Part shown: positions 17,971 through 27,929 of the stretch, piece after piece
How the letters are laid out: each line of letters opens with the position of its first letter
Position numbering within the stretch: the stretch's first letter is position 1
Source: a virus
Direction: 5' to 3' (one strand)
DNA length: 64,000 nt
Virus record (IMG/VR): IMGVR_UViG_3300002835_000013
Position numbers and translations under genes: made by a program
The notes under the pieces: model-generated
Seen by the model: only the letters and a program-made list of their open reading frames with translations
What the model was told of the DNA's origin: nothing
Databases searched by the model: none

Positions 17971-18153
17971 TCAATCCTCTCGGGTAGCCATTTTATACGT
18001 TTCAATCTCTGATTCCCTTAGCCATCCCAAAGTTGCCATCCGCTTCATGATCTTTTCTTTGTCTTGTGGATTGATAGGAACAGGTTCTACTATCTTATCG
18101 CAAAACCATTCTATGTTCTGGTCAATCTCCTTGACGAAATCATCTATATCCAT
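17971..18153 (-). CDS. Hypothetical protein
   Basis: Translationally coupled ORF. Confidence 0.55.
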   Translation of the reverse strand: MDIDDFVKEIDQNIEWFCDKIVEPVPINPQDKEKIMKRMATLGWLRESEIETYKMATRED

Positions 18154-18365
18154 TACCGCTGCCCCTTCTTATATCGAGGTGGTCGAACGGTACCCATCTC
18201 AACATCATATTCCATGATAGCTTTCTCACAGGCACGTTTGATGGATTCTAATCTCATACGATAGTTACCACGAACATGCACCCGTTCTTTCTTGTCATTT
18301 AGATTCGTTATTAGTGTCTGCACCTGGAACGGCACATCGAACTTCGTCTCTTCCTTCATCTTCAT
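18153..18365 (-). CDS. Hypothetical protein
   Basis: ORF downstream of gene 55. Confidence 0.6.
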   Translation of the reverse strand: MKMKEETKFDVPFQVQTLITNLNDKKERVHVRGNYRMRLESIKRACEKAIMEYDVEMGTVRPPRYKKGQR

Positions 18366-18912
18366 CTCCTACGAACTTCTCTAGTCCTTCTTTAGTCAGT
18401 TTTCTCTTTTCCTTCTTGGCAAGTTCTCTTGCCTCAAAGTTTTTGATGAACTCGTTTAGATTATCATACATCGTTGTGGAAATCAAGTGGTTGTCATCGC
18501 CGTCAACCATCAAATCCGCATCGTTGGTATATAACACGCTTTCTTGGAACTTCTTATACATTATATATCTATTCTTTTCCTCTTTAGAGATGCGTCTATG
18601 GAAAGCATAGTAAATAATTTGTGTGAAGTATGCGAAAGGATTTTGACTGATATCAGGATTGAAGTTGTCGAAGTATAGGAAGCAGTTCTCTAATGCGTCC
18701 GACTTCATTTCATCAATAAAGGAATAGTTCATGAACCTTGGCTTGCGTGCTAGATTCTCGGTAATCAACCATATACATTTGCCGCAGTATTCAGTGACAC
18801 GTGGCTTTTCGAGCCCTGCCTCCTTAGCATCGGCGCATCTCTTTTTATAATCCAGAATGTCTTCCAGAAACTTTTGGTTATCTACATAATGATTTGTTTT
18901 CTTTTTTGTCAA
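18295..18912 (-). CDS. 55: Late transcription sigma factor gp55
   Basis: HYVDNQKF, F.NYSF.DEM.SD..ENC, NPFAYFTQI.YYAF.RRI.KE; TTG start with GGAG SD. Confidence 0.95.
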   Translation of the reverse strand: MTKKKTNHYVDNQKFLEDILDYKKRCADAKEAGLEKPRVTEYCGKCIWLITENLARKPRFMNYSFIDEMKSDALENCFLYFDNFNPDISQNPFAYFTQIIYYAFHRRISKEEKNRYIMYKKFQESVLYTNDADLMVDGDDNHLISTTMYDNLNEFIKNFEARELAKKEKRKLTKEGLEKFVGDEDEGRDEVRCAVPGADTNNESK

Positions 18913-19673
18913 TTTTGATCTCCAAATCCGAAAGGACATCCAGACTTTCTTTTATCATTTCTGTGTAATAGCTTGTTTACTGCTTTCCAACCAGAATAGT
19001 AAGATGTCGAATGTCTAAACATATTATCATACTCAAATCTAGAAATCAAGTGATTTTTTACTTTCAGCCTTTTATCCGATAGAGGAATGATATGAACTAG
19101 AGGCTGACCAACAGGAACAGTGTATTCTGCGACCTCATTTGGAATCATTATATTGACATTAGTATATCCATTGAGTCTATAGTCCACGACTCCAGGAACA
19201 ACTCTAAAGTTATAGTCTTCCATGGACCACATAGCACCATTGAAATGGAACTTGATGCCTTGTTTCTCACGGAAGATCCAAGGACTTGTTAGTTTTAGAT
19301 GATAGAAGTTTCTGAAACCTTCGCCTAACTGAAAACGAGGATGCTCGGAAGGTTTATCTCCACTGGAATGCATATACTTGAAACCATTATCGACAGATAT
19401 CTGAAGTCTTAGATCGCACCAGTTTTCGAGAATGGCGCCTCGCTTATATAACTCAATAAAGCCATAGCAGCTTTTCATTGTTAGTGATTTGCGAGGAGGT
19501 GAGAAGTATTTCCAATCGTATGACAATCGACCTGAATCTAGATTTTTCCACCAATCGGGCGCTGCCTTTGCCGCTGAAACAATAGGAGTCAACTCATAGA
19601 TATGACCCATATAGGTAAAGCAGTCAAGATGTATCACCGGTGTTCGATGAAAAAAACTAAACATTTTTATCAC
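18909..19673 (-). CDS. Hypothetical protein (possible beta-clip/dUTPase-like fold)
   Basis: PDWWK, T.K.C.G, KL.SPW, PGVVDY, GQPLVHIIP. Confidence 0.6.
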   Translation of the reverse strand: MIKMFSFFHRTPVIHLDCFTYMGHIYELTPIVSAAKAAPDWWKNLDSGRLSYDWKYFSPPRKSLTMKSCYGFIELYKRGAILENWCDLRLQISVDNGFKYMHSSGDKPSEHPRFQLGEGFRNFYHLKLTSPWIFREKQGIKFHFNGAMWSMEDYNFRVVPGVVDYRLNGYTNVNIMIPNEVAEYTVPVGQPLVHIIPLSDKRLKVKNHLISRFEYDNMFRHSTSYYSGWKAVNKLLHRNDKRKSGCPFGFGDQN

Positions 19674-19691
19674 TTTCTGTCATTTTAGGGG

Positions 19692-19720
19692 TTGACAAGG
19701 TTTTGAAACATGGGTATAAT
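19692..19720 (+). promoter_or_regulatory. Perfect sigma70 promoter, antisense to the gene flow
   Basis: TTGACA(19692-19697)-N17-TATAAT(19715-19720), with TG upstream; no + strand gene follows. Confidence 0.8.
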
Positions 19721-19799
19721 ATGCTTTGCATTAACACCACTGCTATAGAAATTCAAACAAAATGCAGTAGTCGAGCGAAGCGAGACAGTTGCGAAGCAA

Positions 19800-20099
19800 C
19801 TACTTAGCAGTAACACCTGGTTCCGTTAGCATTAGCAATTTGTCTATCTGCTTTTTAAGCACAGGTCCGCGGTCAGGCCACTTGATGATAGGCTGATCGG
19901 AATTCTTAGCAAGGTTCTGTAGAAGTGGAAGATAAATCTTGCGGACCGCTTCCAGTCTTTTCTTGAGGTCTGCTATTTCATCCGAAACAGGTGCTATCGC
20001 TTCCGCTACTATATCATCTTCATTTCCAAATGTAAAGCCGAAATCATCCACTAGGTCTGCGTCATCTAGTGTAAGATACTCGTTTGTATTAGCAGGCAT
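19800..20099 (-). CDS. Hypothetical protein
   Basis: DDFGFT, PLL.NL.KN....I.WP.R pattern. Confidence 0.65.
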   Translation of the reverse strand: MPANTNEYLTLDDADLVDDFGFTFGNEDDIVAEAIAPVSDEIADLKKRLEAVRKIYLPLLQNLAKNSDQPIIKWPDRGPVLKKQIDKLLMLTEPGVTAK

Positions 20100-20491
20100 T
20101 AGTGAAGTGTCCTCTTAGTTAAAATGTCTTGCAGATTTTCCACAAAAGATTCCTCTTCTGGTTCAGGAGCAGGTTCTTTCTTTACTGAAACTAAATCTGT
20201 TACATTCTCCCAATAGTATTTATTCATCGTCTCAGAGACGTTGCTAACGAGCAATACGTCCTCGGCATGAATGGTGAACTCTTGATGTTCACATATTCTA
20301 GGAAAGACCCATGGTAGAAACGATACCGAAAGATATCCTACATGGGTTGTATGTGAGTAATAGACTTTCAGAGGATTGTATAGCATATAAAGAATACCAT
20401 CTTCATCCTCCATTTCTATCACATCGGCTATAATATCATCACCGTTGGTTAGTCTAACTAACTTAGCAATAGGGTAATCATCTTCCATCAT
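20099..20491 (-). CDS. Hypothetical protein (Sm-like fold, follows uvsW)
   Basis: KLVRLTNGDDIIA...NPL...PW pattern. Confidence 0.65.
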   Translation of the reverse strand: MMEDDYPIAKLVRLTNGDDIIADVIEMEDEDGILYMLYNPLKVYYSHTTHVGYLSVSFLPWVFPRICEHQEFTIHAEDVLLVSNVSETMNKYYWENVTDLVSVKKEPAPEPEEESFVENLQDILTKRTLH

Positions 20492-21960
20492 CTCACCATG
20501 CTTATTTTATATATTTTGAATTTGAATTGTTCTTCGTTGTATGTCTTGATTCTTTCGAAGAAGTGTTTGAGAGTAAAGTTCTCTCTGGACTTCCAGCTAA
20601 AGTCGTCGGCAATATCATAGAGGGTGGCGGATTTCTTTGTGTCACTAACCCGAAGGCCTCTACCGATTGATTGTAGGTTACGAATCTTGGACTTGGAAGG
20701 AGATGCAAATATGACGTTATCGAGGGCCACGATATTAGTGCCAGTGCTAAGAACACCAACGGAGCCAACAATAATGGCAGATTGCTCGCTTTCAACGATT
20801 CTACGAATTTGTTCTCTGTCTTCGACATCTGTTCCTCCATGTATAAAGAAGACCTTTCGTCCTTCTTTGGCTTTTTCTTTTAGCATGTCATACAAAACCT
20901 TACCATGCTTATCAACATAGTTGAATAGCAAAAGCGTATTGCCTTCCAATGACAATGCTAGATTACAAACAAACTTGTTCCTATCCTTATTAGATACAAT
21001 ATAATCAATCTCGGATTTGTAGTCCGCAGATTTCATATACTTACATTCTTCCTCACTATACTTTAGCAACAGGCATTTGATTGTCAGTTCCGCCAGTTGC
21101 TTCTTCTTCATTAGTTCGGCAGAGGTTGTTGCTTTGTAAATCTGACCGAACAAACCAATCAACTGCCATTCATGCGTCTTGGAACCTGATAGTGTTCCTG
21201 TAACACCAACTCTGTATTGTGCTTTAGTGCATTTGCTAACAATCTCTGTTAGAGACTTTGCTTGCGCCTGATGAACTTCGTCACAGATAACATAATCAAA
21301 CTGTTCGAAATATTCTTTAGGCATTCTTTGAAGTGATTGCCATGTGGATATGACAATAGGCTTTTTAGAAACTTTGTCCTTGCCTGAATAGACACGATGA
21401 CAATACTTCTCCATGTCTTTACCATTCTTTACAGAATAGTCGTCAAAGTCAGAATACATCTGTTCTACAAGAGCCGATCTAGGAACGATTAGTAGTCCTC
21501 GCTTACCTTGCTTAAGGAGATAATTACATAGAAGATATAGCAAGAGAGACTTGCCGCTACCAGTAGGAGAAAGAACAATTCTACGTTTGGATCGTATGAC
21601 ATGAACGAATGATAAAATTTGATAATCTCTGGGATAATGCTTAGGATTGAGTCCATCAATATATTCCTTTGCCTCTTCTACTGAAAAGGAGTTGTCTAGG
21701 TCTTCGTCTTTATACTCATAGGTATAACCACGGTCTGTTGCCCACTTGATTACCTGTGGTGCTAGACCACGATAGATTTGTCTGGATTGTGGATTGAACA
21801 TTCTTAGATATCCATCCCATAGTCTTTGTCTATAAGATGGAATAAACTGAAAGCCAGGTGGACGAAACGAAAAAGCGTCTCTAAGTTCCCATGCGACCGA
21901 TTCGTCACATTGGATCTTGATATAAGATTCGTCGTGGTTGTAGATTATCAAATGAGTCAT
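20488..21960 (-). CDS. uvsW: RNA-DNA/DNA helicase UvsW
   Basis: WDG, PRDYQ, PTGSGKS, DEVH, TGT, LQSIGRGLR. Confidence 0.96.
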   Translation of the reverse strand: MTHLIIYNHDESYIKIQCDESVAWELRDAFSFRPPGFQFIPSYRQRLWDGYLRMFNPQSRQIYRGLAPQVIKWATDRGYTYEYKDEDLDNSFSVEEAKEYIDGLNPKHYPRDYQILSFVHVIRSKRRIVLSPTGSGKSLLLYLLCNYLLKQGKRGLLIVPRSALVEQMYSDFDDYSVKNGKDMEKYCHRVYSGKDKVSKKPIVISTWQSLQRMPKEYFEQFDYVICDEVHQAQAKSLTEIVSKCTKAQYRVGVTGTLSGSKTHEWQLIGLFGQIYKATTSAELMKKKQLAELTIKCLLLKYSEEECKYMKSADYKSEIDYIVSNKDRNKFVCNLALSLEGNTLLLFNYVDKHGKVLYDMLKEKAKEGRKVFFIHGGTDVEDREQIRRIVESEQSAIIVGSVGVLSTGTNIVALDNVIFASPSKSKIRNLQSIGRGLRVSDTKKSATLYDIADDFSWKSRENFTLKHFFERIKTYNEEQFKFKIYKISMVR

Positions 21961-22406
21961 TATTTACCGGATGTGAGTTGTAGATACTTTACATAGTTTC
22001 CGAGATCCCACGTTCTGGAGTGTAGCGACTTTAGAACATTCTCGCAGTATGCCACAATTTCTTCGTGTGCGATCTTCTTGAGCAACAGTTTATTTAGTTC
22101 TCTGTCAGTCTCAAGTTTTCTGGCAACCTGTGGGTTAGTGAGAACATGCTGACACGGCTCCCAACCATATTCATCAAGGTCTTCTTTAGCCATATGGCCC
22201 TGATAGTATTCCTCACGAAGGCCTTTCATGATCTTGTAGTCGGCTTCCATCTTTCTTGCCAAATGTCTATGGTGAGACATAACATTTAGATATTTACCGT
22301 GTAGGTGAGAAATCTTTAGAAGTTCTTTTTCCATAGATGTGGAATCGATGACGGAATCATTCGACCATTCCTTCATCAGGATATCAATAGTTACCGGTGC
22401 TTTCAT
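21960..22406 (-). CDS. uvsY: Recombination mediator UvsY
   Basis: W..DS.ID, LH.KYL, YY.G; position between gp3 and uvsW. Confidence 0.85.
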   Translation of the reverse strand: MKAPVTIDILMKEWSNDSVIDSTSMEKELLKISHLHGKYLNVMSHHRHLARKMEADYKIMKGLREEYYQGHMAKEDLDEYGWEPCQHVLTNPQVARKLETDRELNKLLLKKIAHEEIVAYCENVLKSLHSRTWDLGNYVKYLQLTSGK

Positions 22407-22429
22407 AATAAACTCCTATTCACAATCAC

Positions 22430-22458
22430 ATTATAACACATCATCTATGGAAAGTCAA
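22430..22458 (-). promoter_or_regulatory. Sigma70-type promoter for uvsY
   Basis: TTGACT-N17-TATAAT. Confidence 0.7.
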
Positions 22459-22979
22459 AGTCTTTCTATTTCAAATCTATCGTAACGGAATGTGATATCA
22501 CAGGTAGGAATGGTATCAGCGTCCACTTTGGTGTCGAAGTTGATTCCACTTAGAGCGGTAGGATGACAATTGAGAAACTTGATACGCATATTAGGATTAT
22601 TTGCGTTCGTATTGATAGTTAGATAGCCGTCAAAGTATAGATTTGTAGCAGGTCTTTTAATGGTTTGACGAAGATACTCCTCATACTCTTTTGGACGAGT
22701 TAGTCCTTTGAGCCACTTATATGTTTCTTCCCAAAGACGTAAGTCCTCGTCAATTAATGCTGTAAGAGTTAGACCTTCATATACGAGTTTATCACCATGT
22801 CTATATGTAGCGGCAAAAGGAGTTGGAACCATAACTTCTGTAGTGCTAATGCCAGGTAGAGTTACTGTCTGGCAGAAATACTTTAGAAATGGCATATCTG
22901 GAATAATGAAAGTATACTTCGTCGTTTGCAGCAACGATGTATTTTCAGGTGTGTTCTTTGTATATTCTTCGAATGCCAT
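22455..22979 (-). CDS. 3: Tail completion / tube terminator gp3
   Basis: FCQTVTLPGIS, GDKL.Y..L....IDED, W+, P..LSGI.F, TFRY. Confidence 0.88.
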   Translation of the reverse strand: MAFEEYTKNTPENTSLLQTTKYTFIIPDMPFLKYFCQTVTLPGISTTEVMVPTPFAATYRHGDKLVYEGLTLTALIDEDLRLWEETYKWLKGLTRPKEYEEYLRQTIKRPATNLYFDGYLTINTNANNPNMRIKFLNCHPTALSGINFDTKVDADTIPTCDITFRYDRFEIERL

Positions 22980-22995
22980 GGCAGTCCTCCACTAT

Positions 22996-23004
22996 TATTT
23001 AGTA
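22996..23004 (-). promoter_or_regulatory. Late promoter (TACTAAATA)
   Basis: Variant of T4 late consensus TATAAATA, upstream of gene 3. Confidence 0.6.
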
Positions 23005-23009
23005 GACAT

Positions 23010-23035
23010 AAAAAAAGCGGGGCCGAAGCCCCGCT
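23010..23035 (-). terminator. Rho-independent terminator after gene 23
   Basis: AGCGGGGC-TTCG-GCCCCGCT followed by a T-run; UUCG tetraloop. Confidence 0.92.
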
Positions 23036-23058
23036 CTTAGTTTAATCGCATCTAACTC

Positions 23059-24423
23059 TTAGGAAAGATTGCGAACACGGAAGATGCGGTAATAGATGTT
23101 AGCCTGGTTAGCTGTGTTTCTATCGCCGACAACACCGTCACCAGCTGCGGTAGCAAATGGGTTTGCAACCATGCCGTAACGGGTCTTGAAGCCAATCTTT
23201 GGCTGGAAGCTATCCTGACCGACAGCACGAACCATCTGTAGTGGAACGTATGGGCAGTAGAATAGACCAGCGTCATAAGGAGATGTTCCCTTATAACCAA
23301 CGGTTACAAGTTCGTCACCGTTAGCAGAACCACCGAAGTAAGGATCGATGTAAACCTTGATGCGGCCGCCGTGTAGAGTACCAGCAAAGGTATTGCCAGT
23401 ATCGTCAACGGTTAGGTCGGCAGATAGAGCAGGTGTATAAGAAAGAACACCAGCCATAGCCATAGCAGAAGCAATGTCAGAAGAAACGATTAGGACGTTA
23501 CCCTTACCACGACGGGTTGCCTTAGCAAGAGCATTACACTCACGCTCGATGTGGAAAATTAGACCCTTGAACTTCTCAACTGACCAACGGCCGTTTGAGT
23601 CTGTGTCAAGATCGAATGTACCAGCGGTTGTAACACCATACTGGGCACCGATTGTAGCAGAACGATAAATTGTGCGGATAACCTCACGATTGATTTCAGC
23701 AAGAATCTCTGTGGAGAGAATGTTTGCTAGTTCTGTTTCAGCATCAAGGCCGTGAACTGCCTTAAGATCCTGAGCAAGCTCGGTGGTGTATTCTGCCTTT
23801 AGCGCACGGCTGCGAGCAGTAACAGTGACCTTATCAATGTTGAATGCCATTTCAGCAAATGCGTTACCAGCTGTACCGTCACCGAGTGCTTCTGCCTGTG
23901 ATGTGGACATACCACGACCAACGCCGAATACGTCTGAATCAAGTAGATCCAATACTGGATTGGTGTTACCTGTTGCACCACTTGTTGTGTTGGCAAGACC
24001 ACCAGCGGCATTCTGACCAGAGAACGCTGTGTTTGCCTCGAAGAATAGTGCTTCACCAGTTGAACCTGCACCCTGTGCCTGCTGCTGCTTATAACGTGAA
24101 CGCATAGCAAAGATAAGGCCTGTTGGACCAGACATTGGCTGAACGCCGCAGATGTCATAAGCGATTAGGTTAGGAAGCGCACGACGAACTAGGGAGATAA
24201 GAATTGGGTCGTATGAACCAATTGCAGTACCAGAACCTAGGCCACCACCAGAGTTGGTAGGAGCAGCTTCGTTTAGAGTGCGAGCCTCTTCTGCCATTGC
24301 CTTTTCCTGGTTCTCAAGAATAATGGCAGTAACAGCACGACGATAAGAATCCTTAATTGGATTGAGACCATTGTGGTCTAGAACTGGGGACCACTTGTTC
24401 TCAAGATTTTCTGATAGATACAT
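23059..24423 (-). CDS. 23: Major capsid protein gp23
   Basis: LVRRALPNLIAYDICGVQPMSGPTG, ALKAEYTTELAQDLKAVHG, PKIGFKTRYG. Confidence 0.99.
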   Translation of the reverse strand: MYLSENLENKWSPVLDHNGLNPIKDSYRRAVTAIILENQEKAMAEEARTLNEAAPTNSGGGLGSGTAIGSYDPILISLVRRALPNLIAYDICGVQPMSGPTGLIFAMRSRYKQQQAQGAGSTGEALFFEANTAFSGQNAAGGLANTTSGATGNTNPVLDLLDSDVFGVGRGMSTSQAEALGDGTAGNAFAEMAFNIDKVTVTARSRALKAEYTTELAQDLKAVHGLDAETELANILSTEILAEINREVIRTIYRSATIGAQYGVTTAGTFDLDTDSNGRWSVEKFKGLIFHIERECNALAKATRRGKGNVLIVSSDIASAMAMAGVLSYTPALSADLTVDDTGNTFAGTLHGGRIKVYIDPYFGGSANGDELVTVGYKGTSPYDAGLFYCPYVPLQMVRAVGQDSFQPKIGFKTRYGMVANPFATAAGDGVVGDRNTANQANIYYRIFRVRNLS

Positions 24424-24457
24424 TTTAGTTTCCTTCTTTCTATTTTAACTAGTTAAA

Positions 24458-26014
24458 TTATCTTGGAAGAGTTCTTCCGAGTGCTTTTACATAGTTGGCC
24501 ATTGGACCATTTAGGGTGCCTTCAGTTAGGGCCTGTGGGTCGTTTGATGACTCAACCTTGTCTAGAACGTTGTCGCTCTTGACTGCAACTGGGAAGTAAT
24601 TCTCCCTAAGTGTCTCGATTTTATCGATAAACTCTTCATCGGAAGTATAAGCAACGTTTTCTAGTAGAGAAGATAGCTTCTCTGCCTGAACGTCTGTTAG
24701 ACCTTCACAAACAGAACCGATTAGCTCTGCCTTGCGGGCCTCAGCTAGAACGCCGGTTAGTTCGACATTGCGCTGAATTTCTTCATTTAGTTTAGCTTCT
24801 AGTTCCTCAACTGTTGCTGATAGTTCTTCAACTACATCAACTGAATCTTCTGGAACGTCGATATAATGTTCTGCGAATAGGGCACGAAGACCAGAAATGA
24901 AATCTTCTGTTAGCTCGCTACGGAGAGCGGACTCAACAGCAACTTCATTTTCTTCAATCCACTGTTCAACAACATAGTTTAGATAGTCGTCAACATTGGA
25001 AGCAAGTTCTTCCATGATTTCGTTGACTCTCTCCTCTAGAGTTTCGGTATAAGCCTGTTCTAGTAGAGCAACTTCTTCTTCTAGCTTTGCTTTTACAGCG
25101 GCTTCGAAAATTGTTGTAGCCTTAGCATGGAACTCCTCGGATAGGTTCTCACCTTCTAGAAGTGCATTGACATGCTCCTGCATATCAACTTCATAAGACT
25201 CCATAGCCTCGTCTAGTTCGATATCTTCTTTGGCCATGACCTTGGCACCACCTCTGAGTTTCTTTCCAGAAACCTGCATACCCTTGCCTCTTTTGGCCAT
25301 AGTTTTATCTTCATAATCGGAATCACCGCCGTAGTAACCTATTTCGCCGGCCATTTGTCTTGCTTTGTTTCTATATCTGTTTGCAAGTCCCTTGGAGATT
25401 TCGTCAATCTGTTCCTCTTCCTCGGAAATGAACTCAAAGTTTTCGTCGATAGCAGCAAGAATTTCTTCTTCTGATAGACCAGCCTCGATGCCTTCGTTGA
25501 TGAAGTCTTCTAGCTCTTCGGAAAGCTCTAGCTCCTCTTCTTCCTCAAGCTCCTCTTCTTCCATACAAGAAGAAGCCTTGCGTGCCTCCTTAAGGGCCTT
25601 TAGACGCTCGGCTAGAGAAACTTTATCCTCTTCGGAGAATACTTCTCCGTCAACTTCTTCGTCCTCTGCTAGTTTCTTTGTTGGCTCTGCGTTTGTGCCA
25701 GAACCCTTTACAGAGGTGTCTCTTTTCTTACCACCAGCTGCCTTAGCACCTAGATTATCTGTTGCAACGGATGTTGGTGTAGCTCCACCTAGATCCTCTG
25801 CGCTGCCTGTTGGATCAGGTGCGCCTGGATTTGGGTGACGGCCTTCAACGGCCTTAGAGCCTGGACGTAGTGTCTTAGCGTTTGCTGTGGATGCTGTAGA
25901 AGGGTCAACTGGATTTGGGTTAGAAATCTTACCTGGGGAAACCTCAGGATAAAGACCCTCATTCAGTGTCTTACCTTCTAGAACAGCCTTAGCTGCTTCT
26001 GTTAGTGATGCCAT
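24458..26014 (-). CDS. 22: Prohead core scaffold protein gp22 (extended)
   Basis: LSEEF..KA.TIFEAAV, VD.YL.YVVE.W..EN, F..GL..LF.EHYIDVPE, M..Y+.A. Confidence 0.9.
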   Translation of the reverse strand: MASLTEAAKAVLEGKTLNEGLYPEVSPGKISNPNPVDPSTASTANAKTLRPGSKAVEGRHPNPGAPDPTGSAEDLGGATPTSVATDNLGAKAAGGKKRDTSVKGSGTNAEPTKKLAEDEEVDGEVFSEEDKVSLAERLKALKEARKASSCMEEEELEEEEELELSEELEDFINEGIEAGLSEEEILAAIDENFEFISEEEEQIDEISKGLANRYRNKARQMAGEIGYYGGDSDYEDKTMAKRGKGMQVSGKKLRGGAKVMAKEDIELDEAMESYEVDMQEHVNALLEGENLSEEFHAKATTIFEAAVKAKLEEEVALLEQAYTETLEERVNEIMEELASNVDDYLNYVVEQWIEENEVAVESALRSELTEDFISGLRALFAEHYIDVPEDSVDVVEELSATVEELEAKLNEEIQRNVELTGVLAEARKAELIGSVCEGLTDVQAEKLSSLLENVAYTSDEEFIDKIETLRENYFPVAVKSDNVLDKVESSNDPQALTEGTLNGPMANYVKALGRTLPR

Positions 26015-26035
26015 AATTAGATTACTCCTTTTCCT

Positions 26036-26044
26036 TATTTAGTA
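26036..26044 (-). promoter_or_regulatory. Late promoter (TACTAAATA) for gene 22
   Basis: Motif match upstream of GGAG SD. Confidence 0.6.
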
Positions 26045-26047
26045 ATT

Positions 26048-26695
26048 TCAAAGTTTTGAAATATAGTTTTCAAAAATCTTCAAGGCAACTTCTTCAACAT
26101 CATGTCTAGATGCTTCACGAATTAGTTTCTTTGCTCTTTCGTTATGCACTTCTTTCCACTGATCATTCTCAAATACCCACTCTTTACCTTCCATGATGCC
26201 TTGCACAAAAGCGTCTGGTGCGCTAGGGTCTGCCACAATGTCTGCCGCTGTAGCTAACTTAAAGTCGTCTTGAACTTGCTGAAAACCGTTCATTGCCCTT
26301 AGAGACCCTACGCCTCGTGTGGACACGCCAAGACTTGCACCGCCGTCTAGTAGACTCTTAACTATCTTTCCGTTAGGAGTATCTAATATCTTTGCTTTAC
26401 CAATAAAGTTGGTTCCATCTGGATACAACTTCGTAATCATATGTGAAACTCTATCTAGGTTGATTTGAGGATTCTCTGGATGACCTAGCTCACCAAATGC
26501 TCTGTTCTTTGAAACATATTCACGGTTATATCTATCCGCTTCCTTTGAAAGGATGTTCATAGGATAGACACGACCATTTCTGTTCTGCTTTTCAGCCTGC
26601 ATAAAGATACCAGTGATAAAGTGGTTCTTGCCGCCTTTACCATCTGATTCTACCAGATACCGAATGTCTTGAACTTCTTCTCTAATAAGTTTCAT
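26048..26695 (-). CDS. 21: Prohead protease gp21
   Basis: GIFMQAE..NRNGRVY, GELGHP, VSH, GVSTRG.GS, DIVADPSAPDA. Confidence 0.97.
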   Translation of the reverse strand: MKLIREEVQDIRYLVESDGKGGKNHFITGIFMQAEKQNRNGRVYPMNILSKEADRYNREYVSKNRAFGELGHPENPQINLDRVSHMITKLYPDGTNFIGKAKILDTPNGKIVKSLLDGGASLGVSTRGVGSLRAMNGFQQVQDDFKLATAADIVADPSAPDAFVQGIMEGKEWVFENDQWKEVHNERAKKLIREASRHDVEEVALKIFENYISKL

Positions 26696-26714
26696 TTATA
26701 TTACCTTTTGTATA

Positions 26715-26722
26715 TATTTATA
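26715..26722 (-). promoter_or_regulatory. Late promoter TATAAATA for gene 21
   Basis: Exact T4 late consensus. Confidence 0.75.
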
Positions 26723-27412
26723 TTATTTTGTTTCTTCACCAATTGATTGAGCAATAGCACCGCCTATAGTTCGACCTAACCATTTAGTCGCTTTTAGTGT
26801 GCCTGAACCAGGTGCAGATGGACTTTTACTCATTACATGTTGTGCTAATCTACCTGCCATCGCTGTAGGTGTATTACCTGCTCCTGTATAATCTTTCTTT
26901 AGAAATGAATCTGTATTTTCTTTCTTCTTCACTTCTTTTGGTTGACTAGGCTCGGCACCAGCAGACTTTTTCCAAATACTATCATCGCTCTGTTGAGGTG
27001 TATATGCTTTTTTCTTTTTTTCAATTGCTCTAATTGCACTTAGACCTATTCTAGCCACACGGCGCTGCGCCCTAGAAAGTCCTGATCTAATTTTACCACC
27101 TCTTACTTTACCCTCAGGATCAGGTTGAACTTCAACTGCTTCACTTACTTTTTTTTTAATCTTGACGAGCGGCTTTATTTTAATGTCTCTTGGATCTGGA
27201 AGAACGTCCGCCGCTTTTTTAAATCCTCTTTTTTTACGGTCTTCAATTTCTTGTCTTGTCAAACCACCAAGTGCTTCGTTCATATCGGCAGCAACCATAC
27301 GCTTCTTTTCGTATAGTTTCTTTTCCATAATGGAGTTTAGTTTTTCTTGGAGAAGGCTTTCTGCTAGAACAAAGTTTTTGTCTAGAATGGATTCTACTAG
27401 ATTCTCTGACAT
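26723..27412 (-). CDS. Putative internal head / prohead core protein
   Basis: Basic protein with a helical N-terminus (L+..I...NF..A...L.E.L); lies between genes 20 and 21. Confidence 0.6.
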   Translation of the reverse strand: MSENLVESILDKNFVLAESLLQEKLNSIMEKKLYEKKRMVAADMNEALGGLTRQEIEDRKKRGFKKAADVLPDPRDIKIKPLVKIKKKVSEAVEVQPDPEGKVRGGKIRSGLSRAQRRVARIGLSAIRAIEKKKKAYTPQQSDDSIWKKSAGAEPSQPKEVKKKENTDSFLKKDYTGAGNTPTAMAGRLAQHVMSKSPSAPGSGTLKATKWLGRTIGGAIAQSIGEETK

Positions 27413-27927
27413 TAGATAATTCCTGGAATGTTGAAGTCGGATGGTCTTGCTGTCTGACCTGCGTCGAAATCTCTATTATCTTTCTTGAGGTCGATATATA
27501 AAGTAACACGATCATTTGTTGCAAAAAGTGAATCGATGATTATATCACCATTAACATTTGCTGATGGTGTAGTAATAGCATCTCCATGACCTAGTCCTGT
27601 GAAATTATAATCAAAGAAACCTTCACCAAATGAAGCAAACGTAGACACTCCATTTGAACCATTTGTTGTTTCCCATTTTAATTCTACATGTCCCGGACTC
27701 TTAGCTGCATAAGAACCAAAAACTCTAACGATGGATGTTCTATAAACACCTTTGGCATTGGTATTACCAGACATAATCTTGCCGCTTGTGTTTAGTGAAA
27801 AGGCAAGGCCAGACACATCCAGAATTTTGGTGTTTGCTTCATCTGTACCATCCGATACAATATGGTATCTAATCAACGCTCTTTTAGTGCTATCAATTAG
27901 CTTTGTTTCTGTTATTATATTTGCCAT
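27412..27927 (-). CDS. Hypothetical virion protein
   Basis: Beta-rich ORF in the head operon. Confidence 0.6.
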   Translation of the reverse strand: MANIITETKLIDSTKRALIRYHIVSDGTDEANTKILDVSGLAFSLNTSGKIMSGNTNAKGVYRTSIVRVFGSYAAKSPGHVELKWETTNGSNGVSTFASFGEGFFDYNFTGLGHGDAITTPSANVNGDIIIDSLFATNDRVTLYIDLKKDNRDFDAGQTARPSDFNIPGII

Positions 27928-27929
27928 CG

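Noticed and set aside
19721-19803. tRNA-like cloverleaf downstream of the antisense promoter
   Set aside because: No TTC-containing T-loop, D-loop GG or acceptor stem; no tRNA gene recognised anywhere in the window
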